The notes beneath the pieces are model-generated. The model saw only the letters and a list, made by a program, of their open reading frames with translations. It did no database searches and was not told where the DNA came from. Shown in pieces: positions 62,482-64,000 of a stretch of 64,000 nt of DNA; position 1 is the first letter of the stretch, and every line of letters starts with the position of its first letter. The translations under genes were made by a program, and so were the position numbers. The stretch is from Moniliella sp. 'wahieum'. Taxonomy: Eukaryota. The DNA is taken from assembly GCA_003971905.1 (NCBI GenBank), contig RSEE01000051.1:372001-436000 (forward strand), in the 5' to 3' direction.

Positions 62482-62555
62482 TTCTTTTGCAGTTTTATTT
62501 TGAGCCACCCAAAATTGAAATCGAGCCGCGCCACCCTCGCCTGCCCAACTTGCGA

Positions 62556-62565
62556 CGCGACGCGT
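62556..62565 (+). promoter_or_regulatory. MCB/MCB2-type G1/S element CGCGACGCGT
   Basis: Exact CGCGACGCGT (contains the MluI site ACGCGT) about 55 bp upstream of the PSF3 ATG. Confidence 0.6.
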
Positions 62566-62620
62566 ATGAACACCGACACCTGTTTGGCTTGCCTCTGCTC
62601 CCACTACCAACCTAGGCTCG

Positions 62621-63315
62621 ATGAATCGCTCCTACTGGGACATTGACTCGGTTGCAGCTGAGCACCAGGTACGCCCTTCGGTCGCTCCATATGCGTTCAT
62701 GCTAACGCGATGCAGCGCATCCCTGTCACGTTCAACATGGCCGTTCCTGGCCTGGGCCATCTCGCGGGTGGGGGTGAAGCGGATCTACCGAGCGGCTCGC
62801 GGCTCGATATCCCCTTCTGGATGGCTGAGCCATTACTTCTCGAGCTCGGTGCCAGTGGTGGGGTGACCCTGCAGCGTCCACGGGCGTATGGGCAGAGAGT
62901 GCAGAACGCGCTGGACGCCTCGGGTCCCTCGGTCGACCTGCGCCGCCTTTCTCCGGCGTGGTATGCCGTCGGCGCCCGTCTGGCAGCAATTGCCAACGAA
63001 TTGACTGGTCCTGTGCAGCAGGCATACGAGGCCCGCCTTCCTGCCCTGTGGGCCGCTGCCACTCATCTCAGCACCGCTTCCATGGCTGTCTTTTCTGCCC
63101 CGGCTTTTTGTGCGGCCGATGGTCTGGCGGATGCTACGCCAGGAGGTGCCGAGCCCTCTGCCGGTGCCATTTCGAGCGCCGGCACGGGTGGAGGTTCGAA
63201 TGCCTTAACCCAGGAAATGTCTGACTTTCTTCATGGGCTTGATGATCGCGAACAGGCCGTCTTGGGTGCCACCAATGCGGCCAACAACCTCTCCAGAGCT
63301 TACCTCACAGGGTAA
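62621..63315 (+). CDS. PSF3: GINS complex subunit Psf3; intron 62669-62715
   Basis: MNRSYWDIDSVAAEHQ|RIPVTFNMAVPGLGHL..GSRLDIPFWMAEPL..RVQNALDASGPSVDLR..FLHGLDDREQ. Intron GTACGC..GCTAAC..CAG. Confidence 0.92.
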
Positions 63316-63785
63316 CCAAGTGCATCATCTGTCCCGCCATGTTACTCGTTCTCAGGGGGAGGCATCTTTCTCTCGCTCACTGCAACTACCTCCTCGTGTG
63401 GCCATGAGCATCCTTGTTCCGACAGTGGGAGCTGTGCGGGTTTGCATTTGATCAGCCTCAGAGGGTTTGTACTACATCTATTGCATGCTCATTACAACCT
63501 CCTACGATGTGCTCAGTGGGAGGGGCTAACACCAATAGCGATCGCTACAGCCCCATCCGCCCGTCATGCCCCCGGCGCTGAAAGCCATTCTCCCAGCTAG
63601 CCATTGGTGTCCAATGCGTGGTCGTAGTCGTAGGCCTCGGGATCTGATCTTGTCCAAATATGAGCTCAGGAGGGGGCAGAAGTGATTACGTCCATCCACT
63701 CGCTTTGTGCACCGTCGCCTCCAGTGGGCTCACAGTGGGCTCACAGTGGCCACACCACCATCACGATCCATTCACCGCCACAATC

Positions 63786-64000
63786 ATGTCGACGACAGAG
63801 CAGGAAATCTTCCCTGAGGGAGAGAACGCCAGCCCACACGAAAGACCGCATGGCATGAATTTCTCCACAACGAGGAGATGTACCAGCAGGCCAAGCTGGG
63901 AACGAGCGCGCCCCCAGTCCAGCGCCCGCACCTGCGTCCCGACCCTTACCGCCCTCCGACCCCGAGGCTGCGGCTACCGCGGCGGCCCAGGCGGCCGTTG
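63786..64000 (+). CDS. Start of an unidentified protein running off the window
   Basis: ATG in good context (caatcATGtcg): MSTTEQEIFPEGENASPH..AWHEFLHNEEMYQQAKLG, with one frameshift. Confidence 0.4.
   Translation, partial: MSTTEQEIFPEGENASPHERPHGMNFSTTRRCTSRPSWERARPQSSARTCVPTLTALRPRGCGYRGGPGGR

Overview
Eukaryotic, GC-rich, gene-dense fungal DNA with few short GT-AG introns, most consistent with a smut-related basidiomycete (Ustilaginomycotina; inferred from gene structure and protein style). It carries about 18 recognisable protein genes: GFA1 (5' part), a 4CL-like acyl-CoA ligase, ATP2, a PDK/BCKDK kinase, LAA1/HEATR5, an SLM1-like BAR-PH protein, a two-RRM protein, a homeodomain factor missed by the ORF track, ERG3, an Asteroid/XPG-like nuclease, ARP4, CCT3, EMC1, a Zn2Cys6 factor, NUP192, ENT3, eIF3c/NIP1, DBF4 and PSF3. 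There are also three intron-containing tRNAs (Gly-TCC, Leu-AAG, Ser-GCT) and several micro/minisatellites. Almost every gene, including essential ones, is broken by small indels. This looks like unpolished long-read error rather than pseudogenisation, so CDS ends are approximate. I see no CRISPR array, intact transposon or secondary-metabolite cluster, and no clearly new biological system. The best leads are a ~420-nt highly structured, H/ACA-like ncRNA candidate upstream of NUP192, the hidden homeodomain gene, a divergent DBF4-tRNA-PSF3 replication pair with an MCB2 motif, and recurring intergenic motif modules.
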